Origin: Cenococcum geophilum | Lineage: Eukaryota | Length of the DNA stretch: 64,000 nucleotides | Assembly (NCBI GenBank): GCA_050273025.1 | Contig: CP158636.1 | Location: 1,302,001 to 1,366,000, forward strand | Reading direction: 5' to 3' | Shown: positions 13,817 through 26,242 of the stretch, piece after piece | How the letters are laid out: every line of letters begins with the position of its first letter | Numbering within the stretch: the stretch's first letter is position 1 | The notes under the pieces: generated by a model | Database searches by the model: none | Told to the model about the DNA's origin: nothing | What the model saw: only the letters and a program-made list of their open reading frames with translations | Program-made: the position numbers and the translations under genes

Positions 13817-16800
13817 TGTTACGGCACTGACCTGACGCATACTGTTTTATACTGTCTTGTACTGTTCCCTACTATTGGCTGGCCTACTACTAGCGACTTA
13901 GTGGCCGGCCCTACTATTTGTATATAATACCCCCTTTCTACCTTTTTTCCCTCTTTATACTATAACGTAGTTATTTAGTCTACTTTATTATAGTACTGTG
14001 ACAGTTTGTGGTATTTTTAATTTACGCCCCGTTGCGATTACTAATTCCCTATACCCTAGCTAATTAACCTCCGCCCTAGAGTAATCGCGACCTATACGCG
14101 CCTCTACTAAAACTAATACGTCCTTAGTATAGTCCTAGAACAATCCTTAGTTTTTACCTAGTGTTTAAATGGGCGATATTAATAATGCCGAAATAGCCAA
14201 AACCTAGAACCCCTATGACGTTTTTGTAGACCTATTTATAGAGATATACCCTAATATTGTGTGGATAATCCGCCGCTCCTTACTATACCCTAAGACCTTT
14301 AAGCCTAGTAAAGCTTACCTTACCTTTGTTAACTATACTAATGAGTTCCTTAATAATATTGAAGTAGGACTATAGTGTATATATAATATAAATACCGCTA
14401 ATAAGAAAGCTAACGAAAACCTTAGTGCCCTTATTGCTTCCTAGATAGGAACTATTAACTCCTAGGTAGAGACTATTACCGTTTTAAAATAATTAACCCC
14501 TATAATAATAGTAGTAACCTAGTAGAAAAAACGGAGATCTAAAGACCCGCCAATATTTAGTGGAAAAGGCACCCTATTAGAATGATAAGCTAATTTTAAG
14601 ACCTAGTATATTAAGATTAAGGGAGTCTTTGACTGGGACTGGGATTACTTTAATATAGTTTAGTCCTAGATCCTTTATATCTCGGATATGCTAGAGGATA
14701 AGGCCTATAAGTTTATTAAGTAGGGCCTAGAGCTTATATATAAGAACCTAAACAATATATTTGCGTGGAAATGGCCTACTAAGGAAGATATGCTTAAAGA
14801 CCTTACTGTCTACTATAAGGTCCTTAATATAACCTAGGTTGTAAAGAATAAGCTTAACTATTTCCCCTAAGGCGAGCGTAATTATTGGTCCTGGAAGGGA
14901 GAGCTTAATAAGCTAATAGTCCGCGTTAAGAAGATAGATAAATAGAAGGTAGACCTACTTTAAAAGTTTATTTCTCTAAAGATGGAAAAGCTAGTACTTG
15001 GACTGGCCTATAAAATTAATAATAGCGACTATATAGGTTGGAGTAAGTAGATAGATATGTTTATTAAGAACCTCGCGAACTATACACACTAAGCTAACCT
15101 TAAGAAGAACGCTAACTACTGCCTACCTACCTAAGCTTCTGCCCCTATATTAACTCTGACCTTAGTAGTAACTAGAGAACCTATAGACCTTAATAGAATC
15201 TTAAACACGGAGTATAAGTGCCGCGTTAATAATAGATTATACCTTGCTTATGGCCTACCTAGCTACTAGAAGGATGCCTATAACCCTATTAAGATAGTAA
15301 ACCTAGTCCTAATGCTACCCTGTTAAATAACGCGAATAAATAACTGCGGACGCGGTAACTGTAGAGTTTATTATAGACGCGGCAACCGCGGAGCCTATTA
15401 TAGCCGCGGCGGATAACCCCCCCCTTTTAACCCTATAGCTTAGTTACTTTAAACCATGCCCTATATAGGAGCCCAACCCGTTAATAATGCCTAGTATTAG
15501 CGACTTTGCGCTAGCGAATACGAATATAGCTACGTTATTAGCGAGGTATTGTCTTTCTATACCCCGACTGAAATAGAGATAGACACCGCTAGCTAGATAG
15601 ATACTAGACCGCCCTATTAAGACAGCTTTATACCCTAGTCGTTAAAAGGTAGACCCTTAGACTAAGTTACGCCTAAGGGTCTAAACTATATAAGGAGGAA
15701 GATGAGAAAATTAGGTCCCTGTTATTAGATTAATTAGTCCTTTCTATTAGTAAACTGCTACTTGATCTTAGATTAGTAAATAGTAATAAGAAATTAATCC
15801 TTATTTAAACCTAACTCTCCTTATTATATAACCTATACCCCTAAGTTTATATTAATATAGTAAGCCTAGTGGACTCTAGTAGTACTATAATGGTATTTGC
15901 TGACGTAGAGTCTATTATAAGAAAGTATAACGTTATAACTAAGAAGCTGCTAGCACCTAGGCCACTGCGCCTTATAGATAGTATTTTAACTTCGCTTATT
16001 ACAGACTACTTTACCGCCTAAATGTTAATTGGCCTCTATACTAAAGCCATACTCTTTTTCGTTACTAAACTCTCGCCCACTACCCTAATTATTCTAGGTA
16101 TGCCCTAGCTTTAGAAGTACGAGCCCCGTCCTAGCTTTAGGAAACTTAAGATCCGCTTTAACTTAGACTACTGCTTTAGGTACTGCCTCCTATAGGGGAT
16201 AGCCGATGTTAGTAGGGACGCCCTATATAGACACTTAGCACTATTAAGCCTAGTGCCTAGGACTATATATAAAGCCCTAATAGTAGAAGACGTTCCTAAT
16301 AAAGGGGAGCCCGTATAGCTATAAAGAAATAAGATAGTAGAAGACTAGACTAACCTAGTACTTAAGACTAAAACGACGGGCTAGCTAGCCCTGCTAAGAC
16401 TAAGGAAAAAGGTCCGCTTTATACCGCTACTATTAAGAAACCAACCCTAACCTAGGCACTATTTAAACCCTAGCCGCTTAGCCTAATACCTAGAATTAAG
16501 CTATATGCTATATATGTATATAATAGCTTGCGTTATAGTAAGGACTAGCTATAGAACTACTAAGACCTAGATAATAGAAACCGCGCCATTATAACGCTTA
16601 ACCTTATACTTATCTTCCGCGCGTACTATATAGGGCCGCTGCTTCGTTTCCGCCCCCCTGGGCTGACTAAGCTGTGCTAGCCTAGCTGTAGCACTGGAGA
16701 GCCAGATACGCCCTAACCTAGACGATATTAAATGTACCCATACTGTTAATTTTACCCAGTTCTGTAAATAAAAAGACGTAAAGGTGATAAGGATCTATAT

Positions 16801-19800
16801 AGTGGAGCTAGTAGAACTAGTTAAATAAGATAAGTATTAATAGCTGCTTAAAGAGCTGCCTATAGGCCTAATAGAAGTACTAAACCTATTAGAAAGGTCT
16901 TTCTACTGGCTGGTAGAAGGCGACTATATGATAAAGGAAGCCCGTAAAGCGCTCCCCCCCTATTTCTATAACTTCCTTAAAATAAATCTAAAAACTAAAC
17001 CTAAGCTTTTATGTCGGAAGATAGTTAATACTAATATTGAAAAATTCCTAAAAGGCAAACTAGGATTAACCTGCGAAGATATTCTATAACGCCTACTAAA
17101 GGAGTTTAGTAAATATATTAAGCACTTCCTCCCTAAGAATGTAGATAAGCTGCCCCCTTACTAACTATGGGACTATAAAATTAAGATTACCCCTAGAAAC
17201 TAGGCCCCGTACTATAAAAATAAACCACTTTTACCTACTAAACTTAGGTATGTAAAGAAGTGGATTAATAAGATGCTAGATAAGGGTTTTATCCGCGAAT
17301 TAACCTTACTAGCTACTATACTACTCCTCCTCACTACTAAGCCTGGCGGCGGTATATGAATTTACTATAACTACTAAGGCCTAAACATAGTTACTATTAA
17401 GAATTAATACCTACTGCTACTAATCTGCGAGACATTTAATGCACTTTATAGCGCTAAGTACTTTACTAAACTTAATATAATTGCTGCGTTTAACCGGATC
17501 CGGATTATAGAGGGCTATAAGTGGCTTATAGCATTTATTACCCGGTTTGGACTCTATAAGATACTAGTTATACTATTTAGCCTCTATAACGCACCCGCTA
17601 TGTTTTAGAACTATATTAACTATATTCTATATAATGCCCTTAACGACTACTATACTGCCTACCTTAATAACATCCTTATCTTTTCTAAAACACGCGCTAA
17701 GTATACTAAGTATGTAAATAAAGTTATCTAAAGACTTAGTAATGCTGGACTTTAGATTAATATTAATAAGTTTAAGTTTTACTCTACTAAAACAAAATAC
17801 CTTGGCTTAATTATCTTAACTAATGGTATAATTATAGACCCTAAGAAGATATAGGCCTTATAGGAATAAAAGGACCCGATATTAATTAAAGAACTATAAC
17901 AATTTTTTGGCTTTGCGAACTTCTACTAATAATTTATCTAAGGCTACTCTGTTATTGCTATACCTATAATAAAACTTCTAAAAAAGGATATTGGATGGCT
18001 ATAGGGACTAGAACAAGCCAAATCGTTTAAGGCCCTTAAGGGAGCCTTTACTTTAGCACTAGTACTAGCATACTATAACTATATAAAGAAAATAGTAGTA
18101 GAGATAGACGTATTGAATTAGGCTTCCGGTGGAGTCCTTTCCTAGTATAATAATGACGGAAAATTAAGACTGGTTGTATTCTTCTCTATAAAGTACTTTA
18201 TGCTAGAATATAACTACGAGATCTATAATAAAGAACTTCTAGCTATTATTAAGGCTTTAGAGGAATGGCGTCCTAAGCTGTAAGGGACTAAGGAGCTATT
18301 TAAAATCATCACCGACTATAAAAACCTATAGACGTTTATAACTACTAAGTAGCTAAACTAGCGCCAAGTCTAGTAGGTAGAGTTCCTTTTATAGTTTAAC
18401 TTTGTAATTATATATAGACCTAGTAGTAAAGCTACGCTCCCTAACGCCCTAAGCTAGCTACTAGGAATAAGGCCTAAGGACGCTAATAATAAACGCCTCC
18501 GCTACTGAGCCTAAGTTGTTATACCGCCCTAGAAAGTTAACCCTATAATCTTAGAAGAATTACTATATAAGTCCCGTAACTTTAATAACGTAGAGTTTAT
18601 AGCCGCTTTAGACCCTAAAATAGCTAAAAAGTTACTAGATAAGTTAATCTGGCTAGGATACTAGGAGAACAAACTCGTAAGAGATATAGTGGCAGCCCTA
18701 TATAATTGGAAAGCTCGCCGTTAGCTAAAGAAAATTAGAAAATTACTTCATTGCGATAAGTTAGAATATAGTATTATTAACGGACAGATCTACTTCCGCC
18801 AATATCTCTTTATCCCTAACGCCCTAGACCTTTGCCTAGAAGTTACCTATCGCTCTTATAGCAGCGGCCCTGCTAGTTACCCTAGCTAGGTTAAGACTTT
18901 TAACCTCTTAAACCGAATATACTAGTGGCTAGGAATCTCCTAGTTTATGGCTACCTTTATTAAAGACTGTGCCCTATACTTTCGTACTAAGACCCCCTGT
19001 TTTACCCCGCCCGGTTTCCTAAAGCTACTAGAATTACCCGCCCGCCTATAGACTAATATCTTAATCGACTATATTATAACGCTGCTAGTATACTAACGCT
19101 ATAGTAAGGTATATAAATATATCCTTGTTATTATAGACCGCCTAACTAAAATATAATACCTTATTCTAGTAACAGGACTCTTAATAAAGGAGTTAGTTAA
19201 TGGCTTTGTTAATAACGTATATAAGCTTTATAGTGTACTAAGTATAATTATCTCTAATTATAGTATATAATTTGTCAGCGACTTCTAGCAATAACTAAGT
19301 AAACGCCTTAAGACAACCTTATAACTAAGCTTAGCCTAATACCTAAAAACGGACGGCTAAACCGAAATTATTAACACTGCCGTAAATAAATACCTTTATG
19401 CTTTTGTTAGCTTTATATAGGATAATTAGGTTAACTACCTACCGCTTACTAAGTTTACTATAAATAACTAAGTTAATAAGAGTATAGGCATCTCCCCGTT
19501 TTTTGTAAATTATGGCTTTAACCCTCACCTCGGAATTAAGCCTACTGGCCCCCGCCTATTAACACTATTAGTATAAGTAAAGAAGGAGTTCTTCCGCGTA
19601 GACTTTATAGCCAACCGCTTTAAGCGGATATTAATATAGCTTAAGGCCCTAGCCTGGATTTTATAGTAACGCTATAAAGATAATGCTAATACCTATAGGG
19701 ATAAGAGCGCGTTATTCTACGAAGGTGATATAGTTATAGTTAGCTTAGAAAATATAAAGATAAATAGATCTAAGAAGAAATAGGACGACAAATAGGACGG

Positions 19801-20731
19801 CCTGTACCCCGTACTCGCAGTATACTAAGGGGCAGTTATAGTAGACCTCTTGGACTATATCTAAGTAAATAAATCCTTTTATACATTTAAGGTCCGCCTT
19901 TAGGCTGCTAAAGAGATCCCTAGCTAAGCAAATATTAATACTATAGAGCGCCGTAATATATAAGGATAAGTAGTAGAGAGAGATAATAACAGTAATATAG
20001 AAGACAAATGGGAGTTTAAGAAAATCCTTAATGTATATAACGAAGACCCCTAGGGCCTAACTTATAAGATTAAATGGAAATATTATAAGGATATAACCTA
20101 GCAGCTAAAGGAAGACCTAAAGGGTTGCGAATAAGCTGTATAGCGCTTTTATAAGCAACACCCTAAGAAGCTAGGACCCCCAGACTGGGTATAAGATAAG
20201 GAAAAGTTACGCTAAGGTCGCGGCCGACCACCGCATTAAAATTTATAGTAGTTAAGATATTATGGAACTTTAACCGGCGGTCGAAGTTGTCTAATTAGCT
20301 AAATTCTCGCTAAGAAATGCTATACGGACCGATTTGGGTAGCGGTGTGGAGTTCTGCCAACCTTACTTACTGAACTAACCAATCAGGATTTTCCATACCC
20401 GGCATGGAAAATCGCTATTGGCTTAGTTAAGGGCGGTGAGCGGAACTAATATCTTTGCGGTAGAAAATAGGCAACTCCGTACACTGCCTATTTTTAAGTT
20501 ATTTATTTAGTTTGGGGACCAAACTATCTGGGGGAGAGGAGTACTATTACGGCACTGACCTGACGCATACTGTTTTATACTGTCTTGTACTATTCCCTAC
20601 TGTTAGCTAGCCCACTACTAGCGACTTGGCGGCCGGCCCTACTATTTATATACAATACCCCCTTTCCACCTTCTTCCCCTCTTTATACTATAACGTAGTT
20701 ATTCAGTCTACTTCATTACAGCACTGTGACA
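13817..20731 (+). mobile_element. Ty3/Gypsy chromovirus family C, copy C1 (full length, 6.9 kb)
   Basis: 187-bp LTRs at 13817-14003 and 20545-20731; TSD GGTGG (13812-13816 / 20732-20736); PPT ggggagaggag; gag-PR-RT-RH-IN-chromodomain order. Confidence 0.95.
14169..20239 (+). pseudogene. C1 gag-pol, RIP-degenerate
   Basis: ATG 14169; protease LVDS ~15866; RT AYLNNILIF ~17657; RNase [14 protein letters not shown] ~18212; integrase (H)PKTDG*TE ~19340; chromodomain WEFKKILN...YKIKWK ~20008-20080; stop TAA 20237-20239. Confidence 0.9.
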
Positions 20732-23700
20732 GGTGGGAATGTTTAGAGAATACCTATTTATGGTATATTAAAGAAAAGAAACGAACTAAGTATTGGCCTA
20801 AGTTAGACTAAGTATAAACAGGATCTAGTAGCTATTAGTTAGGAAAAGTAGAGGCCTATAGGACTAGAGGGAGCTAGTAGTAGAGCCTTAGACCCTTAAA
20901 GGAATTTAAGGACAATACCTAAATCTAAAAGTTAAATGGTAAGATTAACAGTTTAAAGCGTTAGTAGATAGTGAAGTAATAAGGAACTATATCTTATTAA
21001 TAGCAGTTAAAAGAATGGGGTTACTATATAAATAGAAGGAACGTTCTTACTTATTAGTAACAATTTTAGGAGATCCGATAGCCTATGGAGGAGGTATTAT
21101 TAACCTTAAAATAGGACCTATTTAAATAACTATTAAAGGGAGATAAATTAAGATGTCTTTCGATATATTACTATTAGGGAATAATAAGGCAGTATTAAGA
21201 ATGCCTTAGTTATAGGAATATAATCTAAAGATTAATTAGGTTATAGGTTAGGTCGATATTAGAGATACTTAACGCTATAAGATATAATAATAGGCTAAGA
21301 TGGTATAGTACTAAGTTAGAGCAATATATAAAGAGACTAATTAAGGATTAAGTTATGTACCTAAGAGATACTATAAATATAGTAAAAGACTATGGTTACT
21401 AGAAAGTAAGAAGCTGTTAGAATATATAGTATAGGACTATAAGATAGAATTAGAACTAGGAATAAGTCTAAAGTTCTTTCTAATCTATAAGCTTACTAAA
21501 GAAGAAGGGAGAGTACTAAAAGAGTTTATCTAGGAGAACTTACAAAAGGGATATATTAGACTATCGCAGTTATTAGTAGGATATTTAGTATTATTTATAC
21601 TAAAGAAGAATGGAAAACTAAGACTATGCATCAACTATAGACAGTTAAATAGTATTACTAGAAAGGATAGATATCCTTTACCCTTAATTAGTGAAATCTA
21701 AGATAGGATTAATAACGTATAAATCTTTACAAAGATAGACCTAAGATGGGCGTACTATTAAATTAGAATTAAGGAAGGCGACGAATAGAAGGCAGCCTTT
21801 AGGTTAAAGGAAGGACTATATAAGCTATTAGTTATATAATTCGGGCTTATAAACGCACTAGTAACGTTTTAGAAGCGTATTAACAATATATTAAGAGAAT
21901 ACTTGGATGAATTTGTTATGGTATACCTTAACGATATTATTATCTACTTAATAAATAAGGAAGAATATAGAGAATACGTTAAATGGGTTTTAAAGAGACT
22001 ATAAGAAGAATAGATGCTAGTAGCAATTAAGAAATGTAAGTTCTTTACTAGAAAGACAGATTTTGTTAGATTTATTATTAAACTAGGCTAACTTAGTATA
22101 GATCTAAAGAAGATTAAGGCTATAGCGAATTGGCAAGAACTAGAAAATGTAACGCAGTTAAGGTTATTTCTAGGGTTCTGTAATTACTGTAGAAGGTTTA
22201 TAGCTTAATAGTTAAAGGATATTAAGCTACTTATAAAATTAATAAAGAAAGAAGAACTATGGGTATAGGGAAAGGAATAAAAAGAACTATTTAAGAAGAT
22301 TAAGTAGTTATTTACCTAGGAGCTAGTTCTTAAAATCTATTAGCTATAGTTAGAGATAGTGGTTAAAACGGACGTATTAGACTATACACTAGGAGTGTGC
22401 TTCCTATAGAAATATTAAGATAGATAGCACCTAGTAGTATACTATAGTTAAAAGATAACGCTAATGGAACTAAACTATAACATCTATAATAAGGAGTTGT
22501 TAGGTATAGTTACAGCATTAAAGGAATAGAGATTATTCTTATAAGGTATAGAAAAACTATTTATAGTTAAGATGGATTATAAGAACCTAATGGGGTTCTT
22601 AATAATAAAAGAACTTAATTGTAGATAGGTTAGATAGGTAGAGATACTTATAGAATACCATTTTAAGATTTAGTATACTAAGGGTACAGAGAATGCACGA
22701 GTAGATGCTCTAAGTAGAAAGGCTAAACTATAAAACAATAATAAGCCATTAGGGGCTTTATTACAAAAAGATATAGATAGGTTAATTAGGTACAATTATC
22801 TAAAAATTATAGTAATAAGAGAAATTAGTTAGACCTATAAATTACTAGAGAGTGACTAGTTATAAAAGATCTAAGAAGTATAGGTAGAGGATCTAAACTT
22901 AGAGTAGTATAAAGACTAAGAAGTAATATACGTGCCTAGGAGTATTGTAAAAGAGTTTATTAAGTTATTTTATAAAGGACTAACTTAAGGACACAATAGA
23001 GCTATAGGCTTAGTATTAAGACTTTAAGAGGAGTATATTATTAATGGAATTTAGGGACTAGCTAGATAAGTTATAAAAGAATATCTAGATTACTAAAGGA
23101 ATAAACTAATAAGATATAAGCCGTACGGAGAGCTATAGCCGGTTAAAATACTAGAGAGACTATAGGAGGTTATATTATAGGACTTTATTATTAAGTTACT
23201 AAAGTTAAAAGATCCTATTACCGGATAAGATTATAATGCGATTTTAGTAATAGTAAATAAGCTTATAAAGTGGGGATACTTTATAGCATGTATAGAAGAA
23301 ATATTAGTGGAAGATATTGCTAAAATCTATATTAAAGAAGTGTTTATAAAATATGGAGCACTAAGTAAAATTATATTGGATAGAGATTTAAGATTTATAG
23401 TAGTATTCTAGGAAGTGTTCTTAGTAGAGTAAGGAGTTTAAGTAGTAACTTTTACTATATATTATTTATAGATAGATAGTTAAACGGAAAGATTAAATTA
23501 GACACTAAAATAGTATCTAAGGCATTATATTAATTACGCATAGAATAATTAGGTATTGTTATTACCAGTTATATAGTTTACATATAATATAACACCTTAA
23601 GAAGGAATAGGAATATTACTATTTAAGGCGAATTATGGATATAAGCTAAGGGCCTTATTATTGCCACGTTAAGTAAAGAAGATAAGTAGTATAGCTAAGT

Positions 23701-24209
23701 AAAGAATAGAGATATTAATAAATCTTTATATAGACCTTATGGAAATAGCTAAGGTGGTATAGTAAAGAATAAAAAAGTACTACGATGCTAAGAGATCTAA
23801 GGGACTAGATCTTAAGGAGGGAGATAAAGTATAGCTACTATACAAAAATTTTAAGAGTTAACGACTAAGTAAGAAGTTGGATTACGTTAGACTAGGACCT
23901 TTTAAAATTATATAGAAAATTTTATTGGTTATATTTAAGTTAAACCTACTAGCTAGGATAAAGATCTACCCTATATAATATATTATAATGCTAGAGCTAG
24001 TATACGGAAATGTTAAGCTACCGGTTTATAAGGCAGATATATATAAAGAATAAGAAGAAGATAAATAGTAAGTTTTAAAGATTATTAGTTATAAGGATAT
24101 AGATAATAAAATATAGTATAAAGTAAAGTAGATAGGCTATAACGAGACTACCTAGGAACTACTAGAAAATTTAAAGAACGCTATAAGAAAGGTATAGGAG
24201 TATTAGAAG

Positions 24210-24832
24210 AGAAAAGGTTAGGTAATATTAATAAAGAAGAATTGCTAAAGAATAAGTTACCTAAGGGGGACCTAGAAAGAGCGACTGCCAAACTACTTAG
24301 AGTTGTTTCCTTTTCTATTAGAAGAGAATCTATTTTTTTATTACTAAGTTCCTACAGACCTTATTTTATAAGTTTTTACTTCTTAAAACAAACCTTTTTA
24401 CAAACTTTCTTAAGACAAAGTAAATAGGTAGACGCCATAATATGAGCATCTAGAGCCTTTTATTCCGCATCCTAAGAACGCTTAAGCTTAGTAAGGGCCT
24501 ACGCTAGGTTACCATTAAGTTTTATAGCAGCGGATTAAATACGAGACCTTATAATAAATTACTTAGGGAACTTAAAGACTATTAAGAGTTATAGGACGCG
24601 TATACTTAGCGTTAGAAGTAGAACAAATATTATAAGACGATTAAACGTTTGCCTTAGTGCACTCTAAATAAAAAGAGGGTTATTAAGACAAAGGATTTGC
24701 TAATATAATATAAACTAACCCCTTTTTTAAATAACGAGAATATGGAGATGGCATTATTTTACTAAGCGATAATATTGCAGTAATAGTGCGGGCACGACGT
24801 TGCGTATATAAAGAAGAAGGTGCTTTAGGTAT
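24210..24832 (-). pseudogene. Antisense Zn2Cys6/coiled-coil gene of A2
   Basis: Minus strand reads (M)PKAPSS...MPSPYSRYLKKGLVY...YLECTKANV*SSYN; the six Cys positions are TAY/TGY codons. Confidence 0.7.
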
Positions 24833-25645
24833 TATAAGTAACAATATTAACTAAATTAATTAGACGGATATTATACCTCTAGTAAACGACTTAGAGATAC
24901 TAGGTATCTTTAAGGACAAAGATAAAAAGGAGGGAGATAGTGTTACGGACGCTTTAAGTATAATATTATAACTACTTAGAGAAGAGTTAGAAGAAGCTAG
25001 TTAGTTAATATAAGCACGGTCTAGGATAAAACCCGTAGAACTATATAACGAGGAATGGTAGCCGAGGTTATATAATGTGCTACGTATTAAACAAGAGGAA
25101 TAAGAGGAACTTACGTACCTTACGTATAATACGTATATTACGTATAAGAAGGATTTTATAGGAGTACGGTTGTGTATTTAAGGACCCTTAGTCCCTACCT
25201 AGATAGTTCCTTCCTTATAGTAATTCTTAGAATATAATTAGAGTTAATCTATTGGGCAACCACTCTACTAGTTATTATTACGTTGTTGACTTCCTACATT
25301 ACCTATATACCTAGCCCATTAACAAGCCCACCGTAGTATCTACTATAAGGTTCCATTACAAGTACACTTTAAGTAAGAGGACGGTTATTATAAAGATAGA
25401 CTTACCAACGCAATATAGACTAACCCCTCTTTCGAATAGCAAGAATATAAAAATGGTATAATCTCACTAAGAGATAATATTGTAGCAATGGTATAAGACT
25501 AACGAGCTATAGATAAAGAAAAATAAGCTTTAGGTATAATAAGTAATAATATTAACCAAATTAATTAGACGGATATTATATCTTTAGTAAATAATTTAAA
25601 GATATTAGGAATCTTTAAAAATAAAAATAGAGAGGAGGGAGATAG

Positions 25646-26066
25646 TATTACGGACGCTTTAAGTATAATATTATAACTACTTAGAAAGGAGTTAGAAGAA
25701 GCTAGTTAGTTAATATAAGTATAATCTAGGATAGAGCTAATAAAGCTATATAATAAGGAATAGTAACTAAGGTTATATAACGTAATTTATATAATCTATA
25801 GAATCTGCGTAATCCGTAATAGAGTAGATAAAGTATACATACCTTATATATAAAGGGGATTTCTTAGAAATACGGTTGTATATTTAAAGGACTATAGTCC
25901 CTACCCAGATAGTTCTCTTCTTTGTAGTAAATCTTAGAATATAATTAGAGTTAATCTATTAGGCAACTACTCCACTAGTTATTATTACGTTGTTAACTTC
26001 TTGTTTACCTATATACCTAGCCTATTAATAAGTCTACCGTAGTTCCTGCTATAAGGCTTCGTTATA
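25646..26066 (+). repeat. 3' LTR of A1
   Basis: Collinear with 390-810, preceded by the PPT, followed by TSD TTAGT. Confidence 0.95.
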
Positions 26067-26242
26067 TTAGTAAATCCTTTCTCCTTCTACTAATACTTAT
26101 CTAGCTTAAAGGGACCCTTCTTTTTACCCTTTATATAGTACATTTAATTAAGAATATAGCCTTAATTTACTAGGACCTATATCTTATAGCCTTTTAGTAT
26201 TGGCTTTATTAGAATATTAACTATTTTAAATACCTAGCTAGT

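Larger units (their letters stand above)
10435..25360 (+). mobile_element. Ty3/Gypsy family A, copy A2 (nested in A1; interrupted by C1)
   Basis: 420-bp LTRs at 10435-10854 and 24941-25360; TSD AGTAC (10430-10434 / 25361-25365); gag ATG 10895 (MPPKAA); RT VYLNDII at 21921; chromodomain ~24070-24185. Confidence 0.95.
9960..25537 (-). pseudogene. Antisense Zn2Cys6/coiled-coil gene of A1, split by A2 (pieces 25366-25537 and 9960-10434)
   Basis: Same reading as the A4 copy; the A2 TSD AGTAC falls on the fifth Cys codon (TGT ACT on the minus strand). Confidence 0.7.
390..26066 (+). mobile_element. Ty3/Gypsy chromovirus family A, copy A1 (full length; interrupted by B and A2)
   Basis: Matching 421-bp LTRs at 390-810 and 25646-26066; 5-bp TSD TTAGT (385-389 / 26067-26071); PPT gaggagggagatag before the 3' LTR; gag-PR-RT-RH-IN-chromodomain order. 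Confidence 0.95.

Noticed and set aside
20626..20811. 61-aa ORF
   Set aside because: Chimeric read-through from the C1 3' LTR into A2 gag.
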